Part shown: piece after piece, positions 45,955 to 57,166 of the stretch
Layout of the letters: each line of letters opens with the position of its first letter
Position numbering within the stretch: the first letter of the stretch is position 1
Assembly: GCA_035316025.1 (NCBI GenBank)
Contig: DATFXL010000102.1
Coordinates: 1,195-65,194, forward strand
Reading direction: 5' to 3'
DNA: 64,000 nt
DNA from: Acidimicrobiia bacterium
Lineage (GTDB): Bacteria; Actinomycetota; Acidimicrobiia; IMCC26256; JACDBD01
Notes under the pieces: generated by a model
Database searches by the model: none
Seen by the model: the letters and a program-made list of their open reading frames with translations, nothing else
Told to the model about the DNA's origin: nothing
Made by a program: the position numbers and the translations under genes

Positions 45955-46682
45955 ACCGCAAGTCCCGCTACACGATCCAAGGTCATGAGGTCACGGTCCC
46001 GGTCGAGGTGCGCGACGCCGGCGCGTCGACAGCGTCGTTCCTCGTTCCAGCGGCGGCGGCCCAGGATCTGATCGGCTCCTCCGGGCTCGACGTCGCCGAA
46101 CCGCTCCCGGGCCGGGCTGTGTGCTCGCTGGCGTTCATGCGGTACCTCGACGGTGACCTCGGGCCGTACCACGAGTTCGCGGTGGCGTTCCTCGTGCGCC
46201 ACAAGGGCATGGAGCCGGCGTCCGCGGTGACGAAGTCGGCTGAGGTGGCCCGCGGCTTTATCGGCGCGTTCATCCACCAGCTACCCGTCAACCAGGAGTT
46301 CACCCTCGAGGCCGGCCGCTGCATCTGGGGCTTCCCGAAGTTTCTCGCCGACATCGACCTCGACCAGACCGGTCCCGTCGTACGCGCGGAGCTCCGCCAC
46401 GACGGCGACCACGTCCTGTCGCTCTCGATCCGGCGGGGCATGACCATGCCCGCCCGCGGCTCCGGCCTGGATGCGTACTCGCTCGCCGACGGTGTGCTGC
46501 GCCGCACCGCGTGGTCGATGCAACCTGCCGGCGTGCGTGGCCGTCCGGGCGGCGCGGAGCTGACGCTCGGTGACCATCCGATCGCGAAGGAGCTGCGCGG
46601 CATCGGCCTGCCCCGACGAGCCGCCTTCAGCAGCACGATCGACCACGTGCGCATGCAGTTCCAGGCTCCAGACGAGCTGTGA
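45951..46682 (+). CDS. Acetoacetate decarboxylase family protein
   Basis: GTG 45951 overlaps the mazG stop. Beta-rich sequence ...YHEFAVAFLV....GAFIHQLPVN.EFTLEAGRCIWGFPKF. Family call is moderate. Confidence 0.5.
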   Translation: MNRKSRYTIQGHEVTVPVEVRDAGASTASFLVPAAAAQDLIGSSGLDVAEPLPGRAVCSLAFMRYLDGDLGPYHEFAVAFLVRHKGMEPASAVTKSAEVARGFIGAFIHQLPVNQEFTLEAGRCIWGFPKFLADIDLDQTGPVVRAELRHDGDHVLSLSIRRGMTMPARGSGLDAYSLADGVLRRTAWSMQPAGVRGRPGGAELTLGDHPIAKELRGIGLPRRAAFSSTIDHVRMQFQAPDEL

Positions 46683-47452
46683 CGACGACGCCGGCGGTCG
46701 CGCTCGTCACGGGGGCGGCGAGCGGGATGGGTCAGTTGGCCGCACGGCGGCTCGCCGCCGCCGGCGCGTCGGTCGCGGCGGTGGACGTCGACGGCGACGG
46801 CCTCGCGGCGACGGTGCATCGCGCACCGACCATGCAATCGTGGGAGTGCGACGTCACCGACGCCGGTGCCGTCGAGCGGCTCGTGAAGGAGGTCGAGGCC
46901 GCGTTCGGGCCGGTCGACCGGCTCGTGCACGCGGCGGGCATCTGTCACCCCGGCCTGCTCGCCGAGCAGCGGGTCGAGGAGATCGACCGTACGATCGCCG
47001 TCAACTATCTCGGAACGGCGCACGCGGTGCTGTCGGTGTTGCCGGGGATGCTCGACCGGCGTCACGGGGAGATCGTCGCCTTTGCGTCGTTGGCGGGATG
47101 GCTCCCCAGTCCGCGCCTGGGGGCGTACGCCGCCTCGAAGCATGCGGTGGTCGCGTTCATGGAGGTGCTCGCGTACGAGAACCGGGCGAGCGGGGTGCGG
47201 TTCGCGTGCGTGTGCCCGCCCGTCGTCGACACGCCCATGGTCGCCGGCATCCGTGCCCGTCACGCCGCCGCTCTCGGCGGTCAGCGCGGCATCGAGCCCG
47301 GTGTCGTGCTGGACGCGATCCAACGGTCGCTCGACACCGACGAGCTGTTCGTCTTGCCGGGGAGGGGAACGAAGGCGGCGTGGCGCGCCCGCCGGTTCGC
47401 CCCCGGACTCATCTGGCGCCGGATCGAGCGCGCCACCAGTCGCGCCCGCTGA
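46679..47452 (+). CDS. SDR family oxidoreductase
   Basis: VTGAASGMGQ and YAASKHAV motifs. 4-nt overlap with the upstream gene. Confidence 0.85.
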   Translation: MTTTPAVALVTGAASGMGQLAARRLAAAGASVAAVDVDGDGLAATVHRAPTMQSWECDVTDAGAVERLVKEVEAAFGPVDRLVHAAGICHPGLLAEQRVEEIDRTIAVNYLGTAHAVLSVLPGMLDRRHGEIVAFASLAGWLPSPRLGAYAASKHAVVAFMEVLAYENRASGVRFACVCPPVVDTPMVAGIRARHAAALGGQRGIEPGVVLDAIQRSLDTDELFVLPGRGTKAAWRARRFAPGLIWRRIERATSRAR

Positions 47453-47807
47453 TCTCGTAGATCACCTCGTCGACTGCTCCGCCCGCTCGTCGATCGTCGA
47501 CTGAGTGGGCGACGCCCTTCGATCTCATGCCGAGCTTCGTCATCAGCTTGATGGACGCCTCGTGACGGCTGTCGGCACGCGCGACCACCTTTGACAGGTC
47601 GAGTTCGACGAAGGCGTGGTCGATCGCGGCTCTGCACGCCTCGAATCCGATGCGCCGACGCCAGAACTCGGGTGCCACCAGGCACGCGAGCTCGGCGGCG
47701 ACGTCCTCGCTGTTGATGCCGAGGAACACCGACCCCACGACCTCGCCCTCCAGCGTGATCACCCACGAGCGCTCGACGGACCAGTCGACGTCGACGTTGT
47801 GGGCCAC
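47409..47807 (-). CDS. GNAT family N-acetyltransferase (RimJ/RimL-like); frame stays open upstream to 47966 without a canonical start
   Basis: Track ORF starts at GTG 47807. The 53 in-frame codons upstream encode TERLLLRPFRPADDVAISRYAADEDYRRYL..., a typical GNAT N-terminus. Confidence 0.6.
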   Translation of the reverse strand: MAHNVDVDWSVERSWVITLEGEVVGSVFLGINSEDVAAELACLVAPEFWRRRIGFEACRAAIDHAFVELDLSKVVARADSRHEASIKLMTKLGMRSKGVAHSVDDRRAGGAVDEVIYEISGRDWWRARSGAR

Positions 47808-48015
47808 GAACGCGTCCGGTTCCGGGTGGGTCGGGCTCAGATAGCGGCGGTAGTCCTCGTCGGCTGCGTAGCGCGAGATCGCGACGTCGTCGGCGGGACG
47901 GAACGGCCGCAGCAGCAGTCGCTCCGTGCGGAGGTTCTGCTGTTCGGGCGCCGGGTCTTCATCCGTTCAGACAGCCTGCCCAGAGGGGCTGCAGCGTATC
48001 CGGGCGTCCCTTTTC

Positions 48016-48153
48016 CTACAGCCCTTCGGCGCGGTTCCGGGCCTCTTCGGCGCTCCTGCGTTCGGCGCGCTTCTGCCGCTTCGACGCCCGTTTCTCCTGT
48101 AGGGACTTCCCCTTCTTCTTGTCCTTGGAGTGATGTGGCGACTTGTCGGTCAT
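48016..48153 (-). CDS. Small Lys/Arg-rich hypothetical protein (45 aa)
   Basis: MTDKSPHHSKDKKKGKSLQEKRASKRQKRAERRSAEEARNRAEGL. GGGGGAGGA lies 5 nt before the ATG. Embedded in the shadow track ORF 48016..48615. Confidence 0.5.
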   Translation of the reverse strand: MTDKSPHHSKDKKKGKSLQEKRASKRQKRAERRSAEEARNRAEGL

Positions 48154-48209
48154 GCGTCCTCCCCCGGGATCTGCGGCTCCAGTGTTGCGAATCGGGCACG
48201 GTCCGTCCA

Positions 48210-48662
48210 TCACCGGGCGAAGGTGAGTTGGACGAACAGCACGGCGGCGACGGCCACGATGCAGATCACGTGATCGCGGAGGATCGATCGCGCGAGGCGG
48301 CTCTGCTCGACCGTCGCATCGGCTTGTCTCCCGAGACGAACTGCGCAGGGCACCGTGTGCAGCGCCGCGAGCGAGATCGCGCCTGTCGCGAGTACGAACG
48401 ATACGGCCGCTGCCCAGCGCGGGGCATCGCCACGGGCGAACTGGACGCCGATGGCGGCGATCGTGCCGGCCATGACCGCAGCGATCAGTCGGTTCATCGG
48501 GCGCGCCGCGGTCGTCACCCGCCGGTAGTAGGCGGCGATGGATCTCAGCGCCGCCTCCGGAACCTCCGGATCGCGCCGGCGGGCGGCCTGGACGTCGAAC
48601 ATGAGGTCGAACCACAGGACAGCGAGAAGGAAGCCCGCGCCCCCGGTCACGAAGGCGGTCAC
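48210..48662 (-). CDS. Hypothetical membrane protein (4 TM)
   Basis: 150 aa with hydrophobic helices, 9 nt downstream of the P450 gene. Confidence 0.6.
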   Translation of the reverse strand: MTAFVTGGAGFLLAVLWFDLMFDVQAARRRDPEVPEAALRSIAAYYRRVTTAARPMNRLIAAVMAGTIAAIGVQFARGDAPRWAAAVSFVLATGAISLAALHTVPCAVRLGRQADATVEQSRLARSILRDHVICIVAVAAVLFVQLTFAR

Positions 48663-48671
48663 GCCGCGCGG

Positions 48672-51760
<3,089 letters not shown>

Positions 51761-51797
51761 CGCGACGGAGCGGCGCTTGCGGCGCCGCTCCGTCGCG
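51761..51797. terminator. Strong bidirectional terminator-like hairpin
   Basis: CGCGACGGAGCGGCGC-TTGCG-GCGCCGCTCCGTCGCG: perfect 16-bp stem between convergent genes. Confidence 0.6.
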
Positions 51798-51828
51798 CCC
51801 CTGCCCCGAAACCTCGACCCAGGCGGAG

Positions 51829-52269
51829 TTAGGCGGCGGCTTCGGAGGCGCGGGCCTGATCGAGCGCACGGATGCGGCCGGTCAGCTCACGGAGGAGGTT
51901 GCGGGCGAGGGTGGGCGTGTCCTCGAGGACACTCTCGAACCGACGGGCGTCGATCACGTACACCTTCATCGGCGTCCGGGCGACGACGGTCGCCGACCGG
52001 GGGCGGTAGTCGAGCAGGCCCATCTCACCGACGATCCCACCCGTGCCGACCGCGCCGACCACCTGGTCGCCGACGGTCACGTTCGCCTCGCCGTCGTCGA
52101 CGACGAACGCCGCGGTCGCAACTTCCCCCTGACGGCACAGCACCTGCCCCGTCTCAAGGACGGCCTGATCGGTGATGGTCGCCAGGCGATTCAGCTCCTT
52201 CGGCGTGCAGTGCCGAAACAGCGCCACCTCGCGCAACCGCCCGATCTTCGGGTCCGGCCCGTTCCGCAT
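51829..52269 (-). CDS. Cyclic nucleotide-binding domain protein (stand-alone)
   Basis: 146 aa. GEMGLLDYRPRSATVVA phosphate-binding cassette. Confidence 0.8.
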   Translation of the reverse strand: MRNGPDPKIGRLREVALFRHCTPKELNRLATITDQAVLETGQVLCRQGEVATAAFVVDDGEANVTVGDQVVGAVGTGGIVGEMGLLDYRPRSATVVARTPMKVYVIDARRFESVLEDTPTLARNLLRELTGRIRALDQARASEAAA

Positions 52270-52355
52270 CGATCGTCCCTCTCCGTCGCGTGCGTGCTGG
52301 CTGCAGCCTGGACGGCGGACGGCGTGGCCGCCATGACGGCGATCACATAGTGGCG

Positions 52356-52369
52356 GTGACGTCCGTCAC
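52356..52369. promoter_or_regulatory. CRP/FNR-type half-site pair GTGA-N6-TCAC
   Basis: GTGAcgtccgTCAC, about 93 nt upstream of the 52269 start. It overlaps the stop codon of the Crp/Fnr gene. Confidence 0.35.
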
Positions 52370-53040
52370 GCGGTCTCGGTGGCGCGGCGCCGCAACGCCG
52401 GGAGGTCGGTCAGGACGATGCGTTGGCGCCCCGTGGTGAGCCAGCCCTCGGCGCGGAGGCGCCCGAGCGCCCGGCTGGTGGCCTCCCGGGTCGCGCCTAC
52501 CCAGGCCGCCAGGTCGTCCTGGCCGACGACGATCGTGACCTCGACTCCCGACCCCCGATGCTCGCCCAGCCGCTCGGCGAGGTCGACGAGCCGGCGGGCG
52601 ACGCGGCAGGTGATGTCCCCGGTGTCGCGATCGACGCTGCGGCGGTCGGCGTCGCGGATCTGCGCCGCGAGGGTGCGGAGGAGACGGACCGCGATTCGGG
52701 GATGGGCCTCGATGAACTCGACGAACGCCGGCGCCGACACGACGAGCGCGTCGACAGGTTCGAGGGCGACGGCAGTCGCCGAGCGGGGCCGTCCGTCGAT
52801 GGCGGACAGCTCGCCGACGATGTCACCGGGCTCCTTGACCGCCAGGAGGATCTCGCGCCCCGACCCCGTCTGCACCGAGATCTTGACCCTGCCCGTCAGC
52901 ACGCCGATGACGTGGTCGCCGTCTTCGCCCTCCCGGAAGATGCGCTGACGCACCCGGTAACGACGGCGCCGGCCGGCCGCTTCCAGCGCGCGCCATTCCT
53001 CCCCGGTGAGGAACCCGCCCGGCGGCTCGCGTCCTGCCAC
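52366..53040 (-). CDS. Crp/Fnr family transcriptional regulator
   Basis: cNMP-binding domain (GELSAIDGRPRSATAVA) plus C-terminal HTH (ATREATSRALGRLRAEGWL). Confidence 0.85.
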   Translation of the reverse strand: MAGREPPGGFLTGEEWRALEAAGRRRRYRVRQRIFREGEDGDHVIGVLTGRVKISVQTGSGREILLAVKEPGDIVGELSAIDGRPRSATAVALEPVDALVVSAPAFVEFIEAHPRIAVRLLRTLAAQIRDADRRSVDRDTGDITCRVARRLVDLAERLGEHRGSGVEVTIVVGQDDLAAWVGATREATSRALGRLRAEGWLTTGRQRIVLTDLPALRRRATETA

Positions 53041-53048
53041 GCACGGCA

Positions 53049-53546
53049 GTGTACGGACGGTCGCTCCCTACACTGCTGCTCGTGCCTGCCACCGCCGATG
53101 ACATCGCCGAGCTGACGGCGTTGCTCGGGCGCCCGCCCCGGGCGGACTTCGACGTGGTCGTGCGCACGCCCGCCGGCCGGGCGGCGGTGATCCGCAACGC
53201 GCCGCTGCTCGACGACGGGACGCCGATGCCGACCCGCTACTGGCTCGTGGATCCCGACCTCGTCCTCGCGGTCTCGCGGCTCGAAGGCGAGGGCGGCGTC
53301 CGCGCCGCCGAGGCCACCGTCGACGCCGACGAGCTCGCCGCGGCGCATGCGTCTTACACGACCGAGCGAGACGCCGACCTGCCCGCCGCGCACCGCGGTC
53401 CCAGGCCCCACGGCGGGGTGGGCGGAACGCGCGCGGGGGTCAAGTGTCTGCACGCGCACTACGCCTACTTCCTCGCTGGCGGTGACGACCCCGTCGGCCG
53501 GTGGGTCTCCGAACGCTTGTCGGGTGCTGGGGAGAACGACGCGTGA
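53049..53546 (+). CDS. DUF501 domain-containing protein
   Basis: ...TRYWLVDP...GGVGGTR.GVKCLHAHYA..LAG. Position before ppx matches mycobacteria. The start could be GTG 53082. Confidence 0.6.
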   Translation: MYGRSLPTLLLVPATADDIAELTALLGRPPRADFDVVVRTPAGRAAVIRNAPLLDDGTPMPTRYWLVDPDLVLAVSRLEGEGGVRAAEATVDADELAAAHASYTTERDADLPAAHRGPRPHGGVGGTRAGVKCLHAHYAYFLAGGDDPVGRWVSERLSGAGENDA

Positions 53547-54475
53547 CCAGCCGGCTCGGCGCGATCGACATCGGCACGAACTCCGTGCGGCTGCTCGTTG
53601 CCGACGTCGACGGCGCCGGCGAAGCCGCATCGCTCGACCCGCTGGATCGGCGGATGCACATCACCCGGCTCGGTCAGGGGGTCGACGAGACGCGCCGGTT
53701 GAACCCTGAGGCCATCTCCCGGACCCTCGACGTGCTGCGCGAGTACCGGAGCGCCCTCGACGAGCTGGATGTTGAAGGCGCCCGTGCCACCGCGACGAGC
53801 GCCGCCCGGGACGCCACCAACCGCGACGACTTCTTCGGGCCGGCCGCCGACGTGCTGCACTTCGAGCCCGAACTGATCCCGGGAGAGGAGGAAGCGCGGC
53901 TGTCGTTCCTCGGGGCGACGGCCGGCATCCACGAGCCCGCGCCCTACCTCACCGTTGACATCGGCGGCGGCTCGACCGAGTTCGTTGTCGGCACCCACGA
54001 GCCCGAGGGGCTCATCTCCGTCGACACGGGCAGCGTCCGCATCACCGAGCAGTACCTCCGGTGCGATCCTCCCGCGCCCGAGGAGCTGTCGGAAGCGGTC
54101 TCGGTGGTGCGCACGCACCTCGCCGACGTCGAGCGCGAAGTCCCGGCCGTGCGCGAAGCGGCCACGCTCATCGGCCTCGCCGGCACCGTGACGACCGTTG
54201 CGGCGGTCGAGCTCGGCCTCGCCGAGTACGACCGGACCAAGATCCACCACTACCGCCTCACACGTTCGGATGCCGAAGACGTGTTCCGCACGCTGGCGAC
54301 GGAGCCTTACGACCAGCGGCGGCACAATCCCGGTCTCGATCCGGGCCGCGTCGACGTGATCGTCGGTGGCACGCTGATCCTGGTCACCACGATGCGGACG
54401 TTCGAGTTCAACGAGATGCTCGTGTCAGAAGCGGACATTCTGGACGGACTCGTGCGGAGCCTTTCGGCGCGATAA
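53543..54475 (+). CDS. Ppx/GppA phosphatase family protein
   Basis: GTG 53543 overlaps the upstream stop. GAIDIGTNSVRLLVA...DIGGGSTEF. Confidence 0.85.
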   Translation: MTSRLGAIDIGTNSVRLLVADVDGAGEAASLDPLDRRMHITRLGQGVDETRRLNPEAISRTLDVLREYRSALDELDVEGARATATSAARDATNRDDFFGPAADVLHFEPELIPGEEEARLSFLGATAGIHEPAPYLTVDIGGGSTEFVVGTHEPEGLISVDTGSVRITEQYLRCDPPAPEELSEAVSVVRTHLADVEREVPAVREAATLIGLAGTVTTVAAVELGLAEYDRTKIHHYRLTRSDAEDVFRTLATEPYDQRRHNPGLDPGRVDVIVGGTLILVTTMRTFEFNEMLVSEADILDGLVRSLSAR

Positions 54476-54523
54476 ATCGCACGGAAATCCATCACTTGGC
54501 GTGCCGACGCGCCGAAGATACGT

Positions 54524-54907
54524 GTGATGGACGTCGGCGAGTTCACGCGTGCACTCGAGCGGCTCACCCCCGACGACGTGCACCGGATCGCGTCCACGCT
54601 GACGAGCAACCACGCCGATTCTGCCGCCGACGAGGTGGAGGCGTGGCGGGTCACCTTGACGATCGACCGGGTCCTACGCCGCACGCACCGCACGCGCGTC
54701 GCGGCGCATGCCGCGTCGACCGTCACGCACACCGTTCTGCAGATCGCGGCGGCGCAAGGGATTCGCCTTCCCGACGAGGAGGTCACCCACGTCGCCCGCG
54801 CCGCCGCGGAAGTCGCCCGCGGGCTCGTTGCCGGTGATGACGCACGCGCCGAGGTGCGCATGCTGCTCGTCGACTGGGCTCCGCTCGTCGGCCTCTCGGC
54901 GGCGTAA
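54524..54907 (+). CDS. Hypothetical protein
   Basis: 127 aa with strong third-position G/C bias. No family recognised. Confidence 0.5.
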   Translation: MMDVGEFTRALERLTPDDVHRIASTLTSNHADSAADEVEAWRVTLTIDRVLRRTHRTRVAAHAASTVTHTVLQIAAAQGIRLPDEEVTHVARAAAEVARGLVAGDDARAEVRMLLVDWAPLVGLSAA

Positions 54908-54936
54908 GGAGCCGCGGGAGCGTTAGCGTTCCCAGC

Positions 54937-56034
54937 GTGCCGCAGAGCGAACGTCTCCTCCTCGGCCCCGGCCCTTCGAACCCGTACCCGGAAGCCGTCG
55001 CGGCCCTCACCCGTCCCGTCCTCGGGCACCTCGACCCAGAGTTTCTTGCGTTGCTCGACGAGACGATGGAGCGACTGCGGAGCGTCTTCCTCACCAAGAA
55101 CGCGCTGACACTGCCCATCAGCGGCACCGGATCGGCCGGCATGGAGGCGTGCTTCGTCAACCTTCTCGAGCCGGGTGACACCGCCGTCGTCGGCGTGAAC
55201 GGCGTGTTCGGGGAGCGAATGGCCGACGTCGCCCGCCGTTGCGGCGCCGAGGTCGTCCGCGTCGAGCAGGCGTGGGGGCGTGCCCTCGATCCGCATCAGC
55301 TGATCGACGCCCAGCGCGAGCACCCGGACGCCCGGCTGGTCGCGGTGGTGCACGCCGAGACGTCGACCGGCGTCGAGAACGACATCGCGCCGCTCGCTGC
55401 CGTAGCCGATACCGACTCGCTCCTTGTCGTCGACGCCGTCACGTCGCTGGCCGGGATTCCGGTCGATGTCGACGGATGGCGGATCGACGCCTGCTACTCC
55501 GGCACCCAGAAGTGCCTGGGAGTCCCGCCCGGGCTCGCGCCGCTCACGTTCGGGCAGCGCGCCGTGGACCGGCTGCGCAACCGCGTGCATCCACCGCAGT
55601 CGTGGTACCTCGACCTGGGGCTCATCGGCGCCTACGTCGGCGGCTCGACGCGTCGCTATCACCACACGGCGCCCATCGTGATGATCTACTCGCTGCACGC
55701 CGGCTTGGGAGCAGTGCTCGAGGAGGGCCTCGACGCCGTCTGGGAACGCCATCGACGCGTCGGCGCGCGGCTACACGCGGAGCTCCCCGGGCTCGGCTTC
55801 CGGCTGGCGGCCGAGCGGGGTCATCAGCTTCCCGAGCTCACGACGGCGTGGCTGCCCGAAGGCGCCGACGACGCTGCGCTGCGCAAGGCGTTGCTCGAGA
55901 CATACGGCATCGAAGTCGGCGGCGGACTCGGCGAGTTCGCCGGCAAGGCGTGGCGCATCGGCCTGATGGGTCACTCGGCGCGTGACCGGTCCGTCACGGC
56001 GCTGCTGGGAGCGCTGCGAGAGCTGCTGGCATGA
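54937..56034 (+). CDS. Class V aminotransferase (alanine--glyoxylate/serine--pyruvate type)
   Basis: LLLGPGPSNPYPEV...HAETSTGV...SGTQKCLG (PLP Lys). Confidence 0.8.
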   Translation: MPQSERLLLGPGPSNPYPEAVAALTRPVLGHLDPEFLALLDETMERLRSVFLTKNALTLPISGTGSAGMEACFVNLLEPGDTAVVGVNGVFGERMADVARRCGAEVVRVEQAWGRALDPHQLIDAQREHPDARLVAVVHAETSTGVENDIAPLAAVADTDSLLVVDAVTSLAGIPVDVDGWRIDACYSGTQKCLGVPPGLAPLTFGQRAVDRLRNRVHPPQSWYLDLGLIGAYVGGSTRRYHHTAPIVMIYSLHAGLGAVLEEGLDAVWERHRRVGARLHAELPGLGFRLAAERGHQLPELTTAWLPEGADDAALRKALLETYGIEVGGGLGEFAGKAWRIGLMGHSARDRSVTALLGALRELLA

Positions 56035-57152
56035 CGCACCCGGCGCGAGCGCTCTGCGCCGGCGTCGTCGTCTGGGTGATCGCCGCCGGCGTTGGCATGT
56101 CCGCTGCGTCGCCGGCGCAGCCGCAGTCGTCCCCGACGGTGTGGCTTTGCCGCCCCCACATCAAGAACAACCCGTGCGCGTCGGATCTCACGACCACAGT
56201 CATCCATCCGGACGGGAAGAAGACGACACGGCGGGCGTCCCCAGCCGCCGATCCGCCTGTTGACTGCTTCTACGTGTACCCGACAGTCAGTGCGCAGCCA
56301 ACGGTCAACGCCAACCTCAATATCGATCCCGAGCTCATCGCTGTGGCCGAGAACCAGGCGGCACGCTTCTCGCAGGTCTGTCGCATGTACGCGCCGGTCT
56401 ACCCGCAGCTCACGCTGTCGGCCATCGGGGGCGGGGCGACCCCGCAAGCCCGTGCGGCCGCCTACGCCGGCGTGCTCGCGGGATGGAAGGAGTACCTCGC
56501 CAAGTACAACAAGGGTCGCGGCGTCGTGTTCATCGGCCACTCGCAGGGCAGCGGCATGCTGATTCAGCTCCTCAAATCCGAGGTCGATCCCAACCCGAAG
56601 TTGCAACGCCAGATGGTGTCCGCGTTCCTCCTCGGCGGGAACGTCACCGTCCCCGAGGGTAAGAACGTCGGCGGCGACTTCCAGAACATCCCCGCTTGCG
56701 AATCCGCCAAGGAGACGCACTGCGTCCTGGCGTACTCGATGTACGGGCAGCAGCCGCCGCCCGACGGCCTGTTCGGGAAGACGCGGGTCGGCGCGGACGG
56801 TACGAACCTGCAGGTCTTGTGCGTGAACCCGGCGTCGTTCTCCGGCGACGGGCCGCTGGAGCCGTACCTGCGCACGAAGCCGTTTCCCGGACCCATCGGC
56901 GCCGCCGCCGGTGCTCCCCCCACCGCGCCGACGCCGTGGGTCGCGTACCCGAAGCTGTACAGCGCGCAGTGTCAACAAGCCAACGGCTTCACCTGGCTCC
57001 AGGTCACCGACGTCGGCAAGCAGGACGCACCGCGCTATCAGCCCCGCGGCTCCCTGCCGCCCAACTGGGGTCTCCACCTGGGCGACATCAACCTCGCGCT
57101 CGGGAACCTCGTCGACGTCGCCCGCCAGCAAGCCGCTGCGTACCGCAAGTAG
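56031..57152 (+). CDS. Secreted alpha/beta-hydrolase-like protein (DUF3089-like)
   Basis: Signal peptide. VDCFYVYPT and GHSQGSGML nucleophile elbow. Family name is from memory. Confidence 0.5.
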   Translation: MTHPARALCAGVVVWVIAAGVGMSAASPAQPQSSPTVWLCRPHIKNNPCASDLTTTVIHPDGKKTTRRASPAADPPVDCFYVYPTVSAQPTVNANLNIDPELIAVAENQAARFSQVCRMYAPVYPQLTLSAIGGGATPQARAAAYAGVLAGWKEYLAKYNKGRGVVFIGHSQGSGMLIQLLKSEVDPNPKLQRQMVSAFLLGGNVTVPEGKNVGGDFQNIPACESAKETHCVLAYSMYGQQPPPDGLFGKTRVGADGTNLQVLCVNPASFSGDGPLEPYLRTKPFPGPIGAAAGAPPTAPTPWVAYPKLYSAQCQQANGFTWLQVTDVGKQDAPRYQPRGSLPPNWGLHLGDINLALGNLVDVARQQAAAYRK

Positions 57153-57166
57153 CGCGCCAGCACCGC

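Noticed and set aside
51777-52175. 132-aa plus-strand ORF opposite the cNMP-binding gene
   Set aside because: It begins inside the terminator hairpin and is Arg/Pro/Gly-rich. The minus-strand frame has a clear cNMP phosphate-binding cassette.
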